Shown: in pieces, positions 30,545 through 40,763 of the stretch
How the letters are laid out: every line of letters starts with the position of its first letter
Numbering within the stretch: position 1 is the stretch's first letter
Assembly: GCA_044229975.1 (NCBI GenBank)
Contig: JBGARZ010000001.1
Coordinates: 960,001-1,024,000, forward strand
DNA from: Polyangiales bacterium
Lineage (GTDB): Bacteria; Myxococcota_A; Polyangia; Polyangiales; Ga0077539
DNA: 64,000 bases
Reading direction: 5' to 3'
The notes under the pieces: generated by a model
Told to the model about the DNA's origin: nothing
Databases searched by the model: none
The model's input: only the letters and a program-made list of their open reading frames with translations
Made by a program: the position numbers and the translations under genes

Positions 30545-31758
30545 GCCGCCCCCCTGGGAAGCTCACCGAGCACGGCGTCGAGCGTCTTGATGCCCTGGTC
30601 GAGCTCGGCCTCGCTCACGATGAGCGGCGGCGCGAAGCGCAGCACATGGTCGCCCGCCTGCGCGATGAGCACGCCCTTGTCGCGCATCGCGCCGAGCACC
30701 GCGCGGGCCTCGACGTGGTCGGCCAGCACCAGACCGCACAAGAGACCGCGACCGCGCGCCCCCTTCACCAGCGTCGGGTGCTTCGCCGCGAGGCTCTCCA
30801 ACGCCGAGAGGAAATACGCGCCCTTCTTCGCCGCCCCCTCGATGAGGTTCTCGCGGTCAAGCGTCTCCAGCACCGCGAGCGCCGCCGCGCAGGCCAACGG
30901 GTTGCCGCCGAAGGTGCTGCCGTGGGTGCCCGGCGCGAGCGCCTCGGCGTGCTTCTCCTTCACCAGAAATGCCCCGATGGGAACGCCACCCGCCACGCCC
31001 TTGGCGATGGTGAGCACGTCCGCCGCGACGCCCTCGTGCTGCGACGCGAGGTACTTCCCGCTGCGCCCGACGCCCGTCTGGATCTCATCGAGGATGAGCA
31101 GCGTCCCCGTCTCGTCGCAGAGCTGGCGCAGCCCCTGGAGGTAGCCCGCCGGGGCCGGCATCACGCCGCCTTCGCCCTGCACCGGCTCGACGATGATGAC
31201 GGCCGTGCGGTCGTTGACCCGCCGACGCATCGCTTCGAGGTCGCCGTACGCCACCTGCGAGACGCCCGAAAGACGCGGGCCGAAGCCCTCCCAGTACTTC
31301 GGGGTCCCCGTCATCGCGACGGCGCCCATGGAGCGCCCGTGAAACGAGCTCCACGTCGCCACGACGTCGGTGCGCTCGGGCTGCCCCTGCGTGAAGAACC
31401 ACCGACGCGCCAGCTTGAGCGCCCCCTCGTTGGCCTCGGTTCCGCTGTTGGTGAAGAAGACGCGGTCCATCCCGGTGCGGGCGCAGAGCTGGGCGGCGAG
31501 CTCGATCTGCCGGTCGTTGTAGTAGAGGTTGGCGATGTGCCCGAGGCGGCCGACCTGCTCGGTCACGGCCTTCACCAGCGCCGGGTGCGAGTGCCCGAGC
31601 ACGCACACCGCGATGCCCGCGTAGAGGTCGAGGTACGAGCGCCCTTCGGTGTCGTAGAGGCGACAGCCCTCGCCGCGCGTCATCACCAGCGGCGGCTGCT
31701 TGTAGGTCTTGAGCAGGTGGCGGCTTGCGAGGGCCAGCAACGCGTCGGTTTCAGCCAT
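30541..31758 (-). CDS. argD: Acetylornithine aminotransferase
   Basis: Class III PLP aminotransferase: NSGTEANE, SFHGR, EPVQGEGG, DEIQTG, AKG, HGSTFGGNP. Lies between argB and argF. Confidence 0.94.
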
Positions 31759-31771
31759 AGATCTCGTTGAT

Positions 31772-32002
31772 CTACACCCCTCGCCCGAGCCTGACCAGCG
31801 CCGTGGCGGCCACCGCGCGTAGCGTCTCGCTGCACGGCTCGCAGCCGCCGCCGCAGCACCGCGGCCAACGCTCGACGGGCAGCCGCAACAGCGGCCGAAC
31901 CGACGAGCGGTAGTAGTCGGGGAGGCCGTGGTGGTCGGCGCTCTCGGCGAGGGCCCGATCGACGTCCTCGGGCGCGAGGTCGGCGATGCGGTCGTCGCTC
32001 AC
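31772..32002 (-). CDS. Small (76 aa) Cys-cluster protein with CCGGGCEPC motif
   Basis: GTG at 32002 overlaps the argB stop (GTGA). The ORF fills the gap and stops 13 nt before the argD ATG. Confidence 0.75.
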   Translation of the reverse strand: MSDDRIADLAPEDVDRALAESADHHGLPDYYRSSVRPLLRLPVERWPRCCGGGCEPCSETLRAVAATALVRLGRGV

Positions 32003-32871
32003 GCGCGAACGATCTCCGTGCCGACGCCGTCGTTGGTGAAGATCTCCAACAGCACCGCGTGGGGGCGTCGCCCGTCGAGGACGTGCACCTTCCGAACACC
32101 TCCGGCGATGGCCTCCAGCGCGCACTCGACCTTCGGAATCATCCCGCCGTCGATGACGCCTTCGGCGATCCACTCGCGGGCGGTGGCGCTGTTGAGCGAG
32201 CTCGCGAATTCACCGTCAGCGCCGCGAACACCTTGAACGTCGGTGAGGAGGATGAGCTTCTCGGCGCGCAACGCTTCGGCGACCTTGCCCGCCGCGGTGT
32301 CGGCGTTGAGGTTGAGCGACGCCCCGTGGTCGTCGACGCCGATGGGCGCGATGACGGGGATGAAGCCCGCGCGCGTGAGCTCGACCACCACGTCGGGCGT
32401 CACGTGACGAACCTCGCCGACGCGCCCCAGGTCGACGGTGTCACCGTCGCGGGTGGTGTGCGGCCCGACGCGGTCGGCCAGCACGAAGCCGTCGTCCTTG
32501 CCGGAGAGCCCGACGGCTCGGCCGCCATGGCGGCAGATGAGGGAGACGATGTCCTGGTTGATGGAGCCCGCGAGCACCATCTCGACGACCTCCATCGTGG
32601 CGTCGTCGGTGACGCGGAGCCCGTCGACGAAGCGCGACTGCACCCCGGACTGCTTGAGCATGGTGGAGATCTGCGGGCCGCCGCCGTGCACCACCACCAC
32701 GTTGATGCCGATGTACTTGAGGAGGCAGACGTCCTTGGCGAAGCTCTCCTTCAGCTCGGGGGCCACCATGGCGTGGCCGCCGTACTTGATCACGAACGTC
32801 CGCCCCTGGAAGCGCCGGATGAACGGCATCGCCTCCAGCAGCACTTTGGCCTTCTCGACAGCAGTTTCCAC
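31999..32871 (-). CDS. argB: Acetylglutamate kinase
   Basis: VIKYGGHAM, VHGGGPQI, GLRVTD, NLNADTAA, LTDVQG, GGMIPK. Start set at GTG 32871. Confidence 0.97.
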   Translation of the reverse strand: METAVEKAKVLLEAMPFIRRFQGRTFVIKYGGHAMVAPELKESFAKDVCLLKYIGINVVVVHGGGPQISTMLKQSGVQSRFVDGLRVTDDATMEVVEMVLAGSINQDIVSLICRHGGRAVGLSGKDDGFVLADRVGPHTTRDGDTVDLGRVGEVRHVTPDVVVELTRAGFIPVIAPIGVDDHGASLNLNADTAAGKVAEALRAEKLILLTDVQGVRGADGEFASSLNSATAREWIAEGVIDGGMIPKVECALEAIAGGVRKVHVLDGRRPHAVLLEIFTNDGVGTEIVRA

Positions 32872-33100
32872 GCGCGCGCTTCTACGGGATTCACCGCGGC
32901 CGCACAAGCGCCGCGTCCCCTACGCCACCGCTCGCCTCACCCTCCACGCGATCGCCAATGAATGCCCGCGCGGGAACCAACGTCGCTGCCCGCGGTCGGA
33001 CGCCCTTGACCCGCACCGCCGCGATCTTGGAGGATCGTCGACGGGACCCGTCAAGCCACCTCTCTCACCCTCTCGCCCTGAAACGGACGCCGGAGATTCC

Positions 33101-34042
33101 ATGAACCGATCCACGCTCATCGCCCTCACGCTCGCCGCCGCGCAGGCGCTGCCGTCCCTCGCCGCCGCGCAGCAGGTGGTGCAACTCAACACGGGCTTCA
33201 TGCCCGACCCGCGTCGCGTGGGCGGCATGGCCGGCGGCATGGTGCAGGCCGCCTCGGTGCCCGGCGCCCCCGGCAACTGTCGCGGGTTCATCCCCGGCGC
33301 CCCGCAGGCGATCATCCAGACCCCGACGGGCTTCAACTTCCTCCGCGTCATCGCCCAGCCGCTCCAGGGCACCGACCTCACGCTGATGATCCGCTCCACC
33401 AGCATGACGTGGTGCGCCGACGACACCTACGGCAACGTCCCCGGCATCGACGCGCAGTCCCTCCCGCCCGGCCGCTACGACGTCTACGTGGGCACCTACT
33501 CGCAGTCGGGCCCGGCGCCGTTCCAGCTCCTGTTGAGTGAGCTCCAGGGCACCACCCCCGACAACAACGGCGGCATGCGCCCGCAGCCGCAGCCGTACCA
33601 GCCGCAGCCCCCGCAGGGCGGCAGCAACTCCCTCGGCGCGCTCGAGCTCGGTGGCCGCCCCCTCTTCGGTCGGCTGATGGTCGGCGGCAACTTCGTGAGC
33701 CGCACCGTCCGCGGCCGCAACGGCGGCGCCCTCGGCTCCGACGGCATCCACGGCACGGGCATCTGTCGCGGCTACTTCCAGGGTCCGCCGAGCCACGTGG
33801 TGATGGTCACCCAGCCGCAGGCGTTCATGCGGATGTACGTGATGTCCGCCGCCGACTCGACCCTCGTCGTGCGCCGCCCCGACGGGCAGGTGCTCTGCAA
33901 CGACGACACCTATCAGCTCAACCCCGCGGTCGAGGGCAGCTTCATCCCCGGGCTCTACCAGGTGTGGGTCGGCACCTATCGCGAAAACGAGTCGCGCCCC
34001 TACGCGCTCACCGTCACCGTCGACCCTTCGCAGCACCCGTAG
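33101..34042 (+). CDS. Secreted protein with two tandem PPC-like beta-sandwich domains
   Basis: GGAG RBS; signal peptide; two copies of CRG(F/Y)...P...(F)(L/M)R...D.TL...C.DDTY...G.Y.V(Y/W)VGTY separated by a Q/P linker. Confidence 0.8.
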   Translation: MNRSTLIALTLAAAQALPSLAAAQQVVQLNTGFMPDPRRVGGMAGGMVQAASVPGAPGNCRGFIPGAPQAIIQTPTGFNFLRVIAQPLQGTDLTLMIRSTSMTWCADDTYGNVPGIDAQSLPPGRYDVYVGTYSQSGPAPFQLLLSELQGTTPDNNGGMRPQPQPYQPQPPQGGSNSLGALELGGRPLFGRLMVGGNFVSRTVRGRNGGALGSDGIHGTGICRGYFQGPPSHVVMVTQPQAFMRMYVMSAADSTLVVRRPDGQVLCNDDTYQLNPAVEGSFIPGLYQVWVGTYRENESRPYALTVTVDPSQHP

Positions 34043-34069
34043 GCCGTGCGATGGTCGGGGCGTCGCGTG

Positions 34070-36454
34070 ATGCCCCGCCTGCTCTCCAGCCTCACCCTCC
34101 TCGCGCTCTCCCTCTCGCCGATGACTGCCTCGGCGCAGCCTGTCGTTCGGCCCATCCACCCGCGACTCTTCCTCGTCGCGGACGGTCGCCGCGGCGTCGC
34201 GCCGGCCACCATCGTCGCCCGCTGTGAGGCCAGCGACTCACAGTACGCCCGCGCCTGCCGCACGGCCGCGCCCGCGCTACCGCTGCCCGGAGTAGAGGCG
34301 TTTCGTGGCGTCGAGCACCCGCTCATCGCGCTCGCCACGCGCTACGTGCTCTATCAAGAGCCCGCGGTGCTGCCCGTGCTGCGCGACCAGATCGCCCGCG
34401 TGGGATCGTTCGTCGACCGCGGTGACCCGACCGGGCAGTACGCCTCCAACGCGCGCGCGGTGCGCCAGCTCGCGGTGGCCTACGACTGGCTCTACGCCGC
34501 GCTCACCATGGAAGACCGCGTCGCCCTCGAAGGGCACCTCCGCAGCTACGCGGAGTGGTCGATGACCCACGAGCCGACGGACGTCTTCTCGGCCGAGGCG
34601 TACTCCCACTTCGCCGCCGTCGCCCTCGCGGGGCTCGCGCTCCAGGGCGCCAGCTCGGTGCCCGACGCCGACGTGCGCCGCTACCTCGCGTACGCCGACA
34701 TGCGCTGGAAGACGCAGCTCCTGCCCGCGCTCGCCTACACCGGCGCGTGGTGGCACGAGGGCCCCGGCTGGGCCACCGGCACCGTGCTCCGCAACGCCGC
34801 CCTCGTCGCCGCGGCGTGGACCACCGCGACGGAGGAAGATCTCTTCGCCCACGCCCGCACCCGCGGCGACGTCTTCAACAACGCCGTGCGCTACTTCGCG
34901 TATGTGCTGCGCCCGGACTTCCGCTTCGCCAACTTCGGCGACTCGTCGGACACGCAGCTCAACCCGGCCAACCAGCTCCGGCCGCTGCTCGACCTCCTCG
35001 CATGGGGGACGGGGTCGACCGTCGCGCAGTCGCTCGCGCTCGAAGCGACGCGCCGCCTGCCCACGGCCGCGGACTACAACGGCCCCGAGATCTGGCAGCA
35101 GCTCGTCTTCTACTCCCCCGAGCGACCCGCGCAGCCGGGCCGCGACTCGCTCCCATTGGCGGCGCACCTCGGCGCGACGTCGGAGGACGTGGTGGTGATG
35201 CGTTCGAGCTGGGACGACGCCGACGCGACCTGGGTGAGCCTGTCGTGCGGCGACTGGTTCTCGACGCGGCAGCACCTGGAGACCGGGAGCTTCCAGATCT
35301 ACCGCTTCAATCCCCTCGCGGTGAGCACCGGCGCCTACGACGGCTTCGAGACCAACCACTGGATCAACTGGTACGCGCAGCGCTCCGCCCACGCCAACGT
35401 GGTGACCGTGATGCGGCCGGGCGAGACCTTCCCCAACACCCGCATGCTGCCGATGGTCAACGACGGCGGGCAGCGCTCCATCAACTACGCGAGCGGCGGC
35501 CGTCGCTCGCTTGACGAGTACCGCAACAACCTCACGACGGGCGCGCAGTTCGAGACCGGCGGCGTCACGGCCTTCGAGGCGTCGCGCTTCCACGACTACG
35601 CGGCCTGCGACAGCACCCGCGCGTACAACAGCATCGCGTATGTGAGCCCGGGCAACGCGCCGAAGGTGCGGGAGGTCACGCGGCAGCTGGTGTTCTTGCG
35701 CCCCGAGCTGGTGGTGCTCTTCGACCGCGTCGAGTCGACCGACCCGACGTATGTGAAGCGCTTCGTGCTTCATGGTCTCGCGCGACCGCTCTTTCCGTCG
35801 GCGGACACCTTCTCCATCGACGGTCGCGATGGGCGGCTGCTCGGTCGGCGGCTGCTCCCCACGTCGGGAATGCAGGGGCTCGTCGAGGGCTTCTCGGTCG
35901 GCGGCACCGACGTCTCGCCGCTCATCACCAGCAACGAGTCGCGCGGCGCGCGGGTGGAGGATCAGTCCGCCGCCCCAGAGGCCAGGGAGTACTTCCTGCA
36001 CCTGCTCGACGCGGGCCGCGCGGGGCGCGCGGTGCTCCCGATGTCGACGCTGGTCGAAGAGGGCGATCGCGTGGGGCTGCGTGTCGCCGACCCCGACGGG
36101 ACGCGCACGTACACGGTGCTCTTCGCGCGCCACGGGATGACCACCGGAGAGATTCGGGTGGACGACCGCAACGGCGCGCCGTTGTACCAGGGCACGCTCG
36201 GCGCGGGCGGGCGCTTCTACGCAGCGGTCACCGACGCCGGGGTCGGGCCGCAGCCCGGCGACGGCGGAACCGACGCGGGCACCCTCGCGATGGACGGCGG
36301 CGCGAGCATGGATGGCGGTGTCGGGGACGACGACGGCAAGGGCTGTAGCTGCCGAGTCGGAGCGGGCGTCGGGAGCAGCGGGAGTGGTGCGTGGGTGCTG
36401 GCGGGCGTGGCGCTCGCGTGGCGCCGACGACGGCGGGTCACGCGCAGCGGCTGA
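34070..36454 (+). CDS. Heparinase II/III-like (PL21-like) protein with MYXO-CTERM
   Basis: Signal peptide; AYDWLY; WHEG; VMRSSW; QHLETGSFQIY..PLA; NDGGQR; VVLFDRV; C-terminal GCSCRVG...WVLAGVALAWRRRRR. Confidence 0.82.
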   Translation: MPRLLSSLTLLALSLSPMTASAQPVVRPIHPRLFLVADGRRGVAPATIVARCEASDSQYARACRTAAPALPLPGVEAFRGVEHPLIALATRYVLYQEPAVLPVLRDQIARVGSFVDRGDPTGQYASNARAVRQLAVAYDWLYAALTMEDRVALEGHLRSYAEWSMTHEPTDVFSAEAYSHFAAVALAGLALQGASSVPDADVRRYLAYADMRWKTQLLPALAYTGAWWHEGPGWATGTVLRNAALVAAAWTTATEEDLFAHARTRGDVFNNAVRYFAYVLRPDFRFANFGDSSDTQLNPANQLRPLLDLLAWGTGSTVAQSLALEATRRLPTAADYNGPEIWQQLVFYSPERPAQPGRDSLPLAAHLGATSEDVVVMRSSWDDADATWVSLSCGDWFSTRQHLETGSFQIYRFNPLAVSTGAYDGFETNHWINWYAQRSAHANVVTVMRPGETFPNTRMLPMVNDGGQRSINYASGGRRSLDEYRNNLTTGAQFETGGVTAFEASRFHDYAACDSTRAYNSIAYVSPGNAPKVREVTRQLVFLRPELVVLFDRVESTDPTYVKRFVLHGLARPLFPSADTFSIDGRDGRLLGRRLLPTSGMQGLVEGFSVGGTDVSPLITSNESRGARVEDQSAAPEAREYFLHLLDAGRAGRAVLPMSTLVEEGDRVGLRVADPDGTRTYTVLFARHGMTTGEIRVDDRNGAPLYQGTLGAGGRFYAAVTDAGVGPQPGDGGTDAGTLAMDGGASMDGGVGDDDGKGCSCRVGAGVGSSGSGAWVLAGVALAWRRRRRVTRSG

Positions 36455-36461
36455 GCGAAAG

Positions 36462-36585
36462 AGCCGCAAGGGTGCCAGGGTCGCAAGGAAGAGATCCAAG
36501 GCGGGAACAGAGGGTTTGGGCTCTCGAAGCCAGGCCCAACCTCAGTCTCTTCCGCAGCCCTTGCGACCCCCGCGCCCTTGCGGCT
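36462..36585. repeat. Long imperfect intergenic palindrome (REP/MITE-like) between convergent genes
   Basis: Arms AGCCGCAAGGGTGCCAGGGTCGCAAGG (36462-36488) and CCTTGCGACCCCCGCGCCCTTGCGGCT (36559-36585), plus inner AAGAGA/TCTCTT and TTGGGC/GCCCAA pairings. Confidence 0.75.
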
Positions 36586-36610
36586 GTTCTCCCATTGCCT
36601 GTCGACAAGG

Positions 36611-38500
36611 TCAGCCCGGGGGCAGGCCGCCACCGCGGGCCGGCACCACGATGAACACCGGGCGGCGATCGACCTCGCTGCCCGCGCGACCGCGCACCAC
36701 CACGCTGGCCTGGAAGACGCGCGCCGTGTCGGTGCCTTCCATGAAGTCGTTATAGAAGCTCACCCGGAAGACCACGCGGGTCGTGGGCAGCACGCTGTAG
36801 AAGGTGCGCTCGTCCTGGCGCTCGTAGCCGACGCCCATCGCCGGATCGCCGCGCACCGGCGTGACCGACTGGATGAAGCTGGCCGTGGTGCGACCCGTGG
36901 GAAGGCGCATCTCCATCGGGTCGGCGATGGTCGTCGTCGTGATGTCCTGGCGGGTCTCGTTGGCAAGCGTGGTGATGCCGTTGATGATGCCCATCGCGGT
37001 GCTCGCGAGGCCGCCGGTGGAGGCCGGGGCGAAGACCACCGGGCTGCCCGTGCGGTTGAGTGAACCCGTCGAGCGCGCGAGGTACACCGAGTTGGCGTAG
37101 GTGGCGCCCATGGTTCCGAAGGGGGAGACGTCGACGCCGAGGAAGAGGGTGCCGCGCATGCGCATCGCGGCGTCGAGCTCGGGGTAGCGCCAGCCGCGGT
37201 TGCTCACGGGCGACGACGGCGCCGGACCGTCGAACCACGCCGCATCCGAGAAGAGCACGATGATCGGAACGCGCCCCGTCTGGAAGCAGCCCCAGCCGTA
37301 CGCACCCGGGATGCCGGGGCAGTCACGCGCCGGGTCGGAGGTGGCGACCCAGCCGTTGCCCATCGGGTCGCGGGCGTTGCGCACGCTGAGCAGCGACGCC
37401 GGGTTGGTGGCGTAGCCGCCCGAGCGGGTCCCCGCGCCGGTGAGCACCTCGTACATCGCGGTGACCTGGCACTCGGGCGAGTTGCCACCGAGGTAGCGCA
37501 TCATGCTGTCCTCCGAGATGGTGCGCATGTCGTTGAAGGCGTTCTGCACCAGCGCGAGGTCGGTGGTGAGCGGCTGCCGCATCCAGAGGGTGTAGTCACC
37601 CGGGCGCCCCGCCTGACCGTCGTCGGTCGGGAGCAGCATCTGCCCCTCTGGCGCATCGGGCATCGAGTCGAACGACGCCACCCCGAGGCGCGCATCGGGG
37701 ATCGCCGCCCGCACACCGTTGGCGATGGAGGTGAGGCCCGTTCGGAGGTTGGCGATGGTCGTCTCCAGGCTCGCGGAGTTGTCCACGAGGAAGAAGACAT
37801 CGGCCTGCCGGATGCGCGTGGCGAAGGTGAACTCGCGGGTCTCGGGCACGCCCGTGCGCGCTCCACCCGCGCCCGGCGCGTAGTAGGGGAGCGTGACGTA
37901 GAGGGAGTTCTCCGGCGGGCGCGACGTCATGTCGCGGGGGTTGGATCCGGCGGCCACCTCCGCGAGGTCGTCGATGGTGTCGCGGTCGGTGTCGGCCGCG
38001 CACGGGTTGGTCATCGCCGCGCGCTCTTCGATGTCGGTGAGGCCGTCGTTGTCGGAGTCGAGGTCGCGGTGGTTGGCGAGGTTGTCGGGCGGCGCGTCGC
38101 AGTTGTTGGGCTGGTTGCCGCAAAACACCGGGACCGCATCGGTCTCGTAGCCCGGGTACCTCCGCGCGGCCTCGTCGGCGTCGGAGAAGCCGTCGCCGTC
38201 GGAGTCGGTGTCCATGTAGTCCGGCGTCATGTCGCGGTCGGTGTCGAGCATCATCATGATGCCCTCGTCGCGATCGGAAATGCCGTCCATGTCGGTGTCC
38301 GCGCAGGTCATCGCGGGGCGGTCGGGAGGCAGCGGGTTGTCGGGCGTCGCGGTGACGTCGGCGTCGACGTGCACGGTGCCGAGGTCGGTCACGCCGCCCG
38401 CGTCGGGCTTCTGCACTCCGTCGTCCGGGGGCGCCTTGCTGAAACAGCCAACCACACCAAGAGCCACCGCCAGAGAACCGCGCAGCACCGTCGTTCGCAT
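36611..38500 (-). CDS. Lipoprotein with thrombospondin-3-like DxDxDG Ca-binding repeats and a vWA domain
   Basis: Lipobox VVGC; DTDMDG, DSDGDG and DSDNDG repeats; MIDAS-like DVFFLVDNSAS; GGNSPE; PIIVLFSDA. Confidence 0.85.
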   Translation of the reverse strand: MRTTVLRGSLAVALGVVGCFSKAPPDDGVQKPDAGGVTDLGTVHVDADVTATPDNPLPPDRPAMTCADTDMDGISDRDEGIMMMLDTDRDMTPDYMDTDSDGDGFSDADEAARRYPGYETDAVPVFCGNQPNNCDAPPDNLANHRDLDSDNDGLTDIEERAAMTNPCAADTDRDTIDDLAEVAAGSNPRDMTSRPPENSLYVTLPYYAPGAGGARTGVPETREFTFATRIRQADVFFLVDNSASLETTIANLRTGLTSIANGVRAAIPDARLGVASFDSMPDAPEGQMLLPTDDGQAGRPGDYTLWMRQPLTTDLALVQNAFNDMRTISEDSMMRYLGGNSPECQVTAMYEVLTGAGTRSGGYATNPASLLSVRNARDPMGNGWVATSDPARDCPGIPGAYGWGCFQTGRVPIIVLFSDAAWFDGPAPSSPVSNRGWRYPELDAAMRMRGTLFLGVDVSPFGTMGATYANSVYLARSTGSLNRTGSPVVFAPASTGGLASTAMGIINGITTLANETRQDITTTTIADPMEMRLPTGRTTASFIQSVTPVRGDPAMGVGYERQDERTFYSVLPTTRVVFRVSFYNDFMEGTDTARVFQASVVVRGRAGSEVDRRPVFIVVPARGGGLPPG

Positions 38501-38561
38501 CACGCTCGGAAGTACACCATAACGGCCCGCGGGGCGTCACTCGTTGGTATGGTCCACCCCG

Positions 38562-39059
38562 ATGACGGACACATCGCGGCCCCTCGTGGGCATCATCATG
38601 GGGAGCAGCTCAGACCTCGAAACCCTCACCCCCGCTCGGGAGATTCTCACCGAGCTCGGCGTCGCGCACGAGGTGCTCGTCGTCTCGGCGCACCGCACGC
38701 CCGAGTGGATGTTCGAGTACGCCACCGCCGCAGAGTCGCGCGGCCTCGAGGTCATCATCGCGGGCGCGGGCGGCGCAGCGCACCTCCCGGGGATGGTCGC
38801 GGCGCTCACCGTGTTGCCGGTGCTGGGCGTTCCGATTCCGGCGACGCTGCTCAACGGCGTCGACTCGCTGTTGTCCATCGTGCAGATGCCGAAGGGCGTA
38901 CCGGTGGCGACGCTCGCCATCGGCAAGCCGGGCGCAGCCAACGCGGCGCTGCTCGCGGCGAGCATCCTGGGCGTCGCCGACAAGGGGCTGCGCGATCGAC
39001 TGACGGCGTGGCGCAAGGCGCGCACCAGCGAGGTCATGGCGAAGCGGGTGCTCGCGTGA
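38562..39059 (+). CDS. purE: N5-carboxyaminoimidazole ribonucleotide mutase
   Basis: [39 protein letters not shown]. Confidence 0.98.
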   Translation: MTDTSRPLVGIIMGSSSDLETLTPAREILTELGVAHEVLVVSAHRTPEWMFEYATAAESRGLEVIIAGAGGAAHLPGMVAALTVLPVLGVPIPATLLNGVDSLLSIVQMPKGVPVATLAIGKPGAANAALLAASILGVADKGLRDRLTAWRKARTSEVMAKRVLA

Positions 39060-40192
39060 CGGCCATCCTCCCCGGCGCGACGCTCGGCATCCTAGGCGGC
39101 GGACAGCTCGGTCGCATGACGGCGATGGCCGCGCGACCGCTCGGTTTCAAGGTGCACGTGCTCGACCCCGACCCCTCGTGCGCCGCGCGCTTCGTGGTCG
39201 AACGCTGTCTCACGGCGGCCTTCGACGACGACTTCGCCGCGGCCGACCTCGCGCGCCACTGCCAGGTGGTCACGCTGGAGATCGAGAAGATCGCCCCGGC
39301 TAGCATGGCCGCGGTGCAGCGGTACGCACCCGTGCGCCCCGGCTCCGAGGTGCTCGCCGTCATTCAAGATCGCGGACGGCAGCGGCAGTGGCTGAGCGAC
39401 AAGGGCTTTCCGACGGTGGCCTGGCGTCGCGTGGCCAACGTCGCGGAGCTGTGCGAGGCCGTGGCGGCGCTCGGCCCCGGGTGCTTCGTGAAGTCGTGCA
39501 CCGGCGGCTACGACGGTCGCGGGCAGGCGCGCATGAGCGACGCATCCGAGGGCCCGAAGGTGTGGGCCTCGCTCGGTTCGGCGCCGTGCGTGGTTGAACG
39601 CGCCGTGGCCCTGGAGACCGAGCTCTCGGTGCTGGTGGCGCGCTCGCCCTCGGGCGAAGTGGCGGTGCACCCGGTGGCGCAGAACCACCACGAATCCCAG
39701 GTGCTCGCGTGGTCGGTGATTCCGGCGGGATTACCCGAGAAGGTACTCCGCGAGGCCGAGGCGATCGGTCGCGGCATCGCCGAGGCGATGGCGGTCGAGG
39801 GGCTGCTGGTGGTGGAGCTGTTCTTGACGGCGGACGGCGCGCTGCGGGTCAACGAGCTGGCGCCGCGTCCGCACAACAGCTTCCACGCGACCGAGGTCGG
39901 CTGCGTGACGAGTCAGTTCGAGCAGGCGGTGCGCGCGGTGTGCGACCTGCCGCTCGGGTCGACGGAGGTCATCCGACCGGCGGCGATCTACAACCTGCTC
40001 GGCGATCTCTGGGAGGGCGAGCGGGCGCCTCGCTTCGAGCGGGCGCTGGAGATCCCCGGGGTGCGCGTTCACCTCTACGGCAAGCGCGTCGCGCGACCGG
40101 GTCGCAAGATGGGTCACCTGTCGGCGCTCGGGAGCTCGTCGGCCGACGCGGTCGCCCGCGTGTCCGAGGCGTGGCGCCGCGTGCAGCAATAG
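39056..40192 (+). CDS. purK: N5-carboxyaminoimidazole ribonucleotide synthase
   Basis: GTGA overlap with pur[43 protein letters not shown]. Confidence 0.97.
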   Translation: MTAILPGATLGILGGGQLGRMTAMAARPLGFKVHVLDPDPSCAARFVVERCLTAAFDDDFAAADLARHCQVVTLEIEKIAPASMAAVQRYAPVRPGSEVLAVIQDRGRQRQWLSDKGFPTVAWRRVANVAELCEAVAALGPGCFVKSCTGGYDGRGQARMSDASEGPKVWASLGSAPCVVERAVALETELSVLVARSPSGEVAVHPVAQNHHESQVLAWSVIPAGLPEKVLREAEAIGRGIAEAMAVEGLLVVELFLTADGALRVNELAPRPHNSFHATEVGCVTSQFEQAVRAVCDLPLGSTEVIRPAAIYNLLGDLWEGERAPRFERALEIPGVRVHLYGKRVARPGRKMGHLSALGSSSADAVARVSEAWRRVQQ

Positions 40193-40273
40193 TCGACGGC
40201 CCACGAAACCTTGTCGCGTCGCGGTTGTCCCACGGGGGGTGACGCCGCAGTGCGCGTCGCGAGGAGGTTCACC

Positions 40274-40759
40274 ATGGCGGGAGCTGTGATCGAGGGCGGC
40301 AGATCGAGCGGGCGGCGTAGCGTGGACGCGCCGCTCAACATGGTTCCGATGATCGACCTGCTGGCGTCGATGATCGCGTTCTTGTTGATGACGGCGGTCT
40401 GGGTGCACGTCGGGCAGGTGCGGGCGCAGCAGCCGGTCTCGCGGCCGGCCGACCCGACGGTGGTCGCGCCCACCGATCACCTCACCGTCACCCTCAGCCC
40501 CGACTCGTTGCAGGTCGGCGCGAGCGCCGCCGACGCGGTGGTCGTGAGCGGGCGGGCGCAGCGCATCGAGCGCCTCCGCGAGCAGCTTCGTCAGCGTCAC
40601 CGGGCCGCGCCGCACGTGCGCGAGGTGTGGATCCAGTCCGACGGCGCGGTGAGCTACCAGGACATCGTCGAGGCCATGGACGCCGTGTACTCGGTGTGGG
40701 GCGCCGGGCTCGCGCCGGGTCGCTCTCTCTCCGACGCGGTGAACATCCAGTTCACCTGA
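40274..40759 (+). CDS. ExbD/TolR-family biopolymer transport protein
   Basis: GAGGAGG RBS; LNMVPMIDLL with the conserved TM Asp; periplasmic VWIQSDGAVSYQDIVEAMD. Confidence 0.9.
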   Translation: MAGAVIEGGRSSGRRSVDAPLNMVPMIDLLASMIAFLLMTAVWVHVGQVRAQQPVSRPADPTVVAPTDHLTVTLSPDSLQVGASAADAVVVSGRAQRIERLREQLRQRHRAAPHVREVWIQSDGAVSYQDIVEAMDAVYSVWGAGLAPGRSLSDAVNIQFT

Positions 40760-40763
40760 CGGC

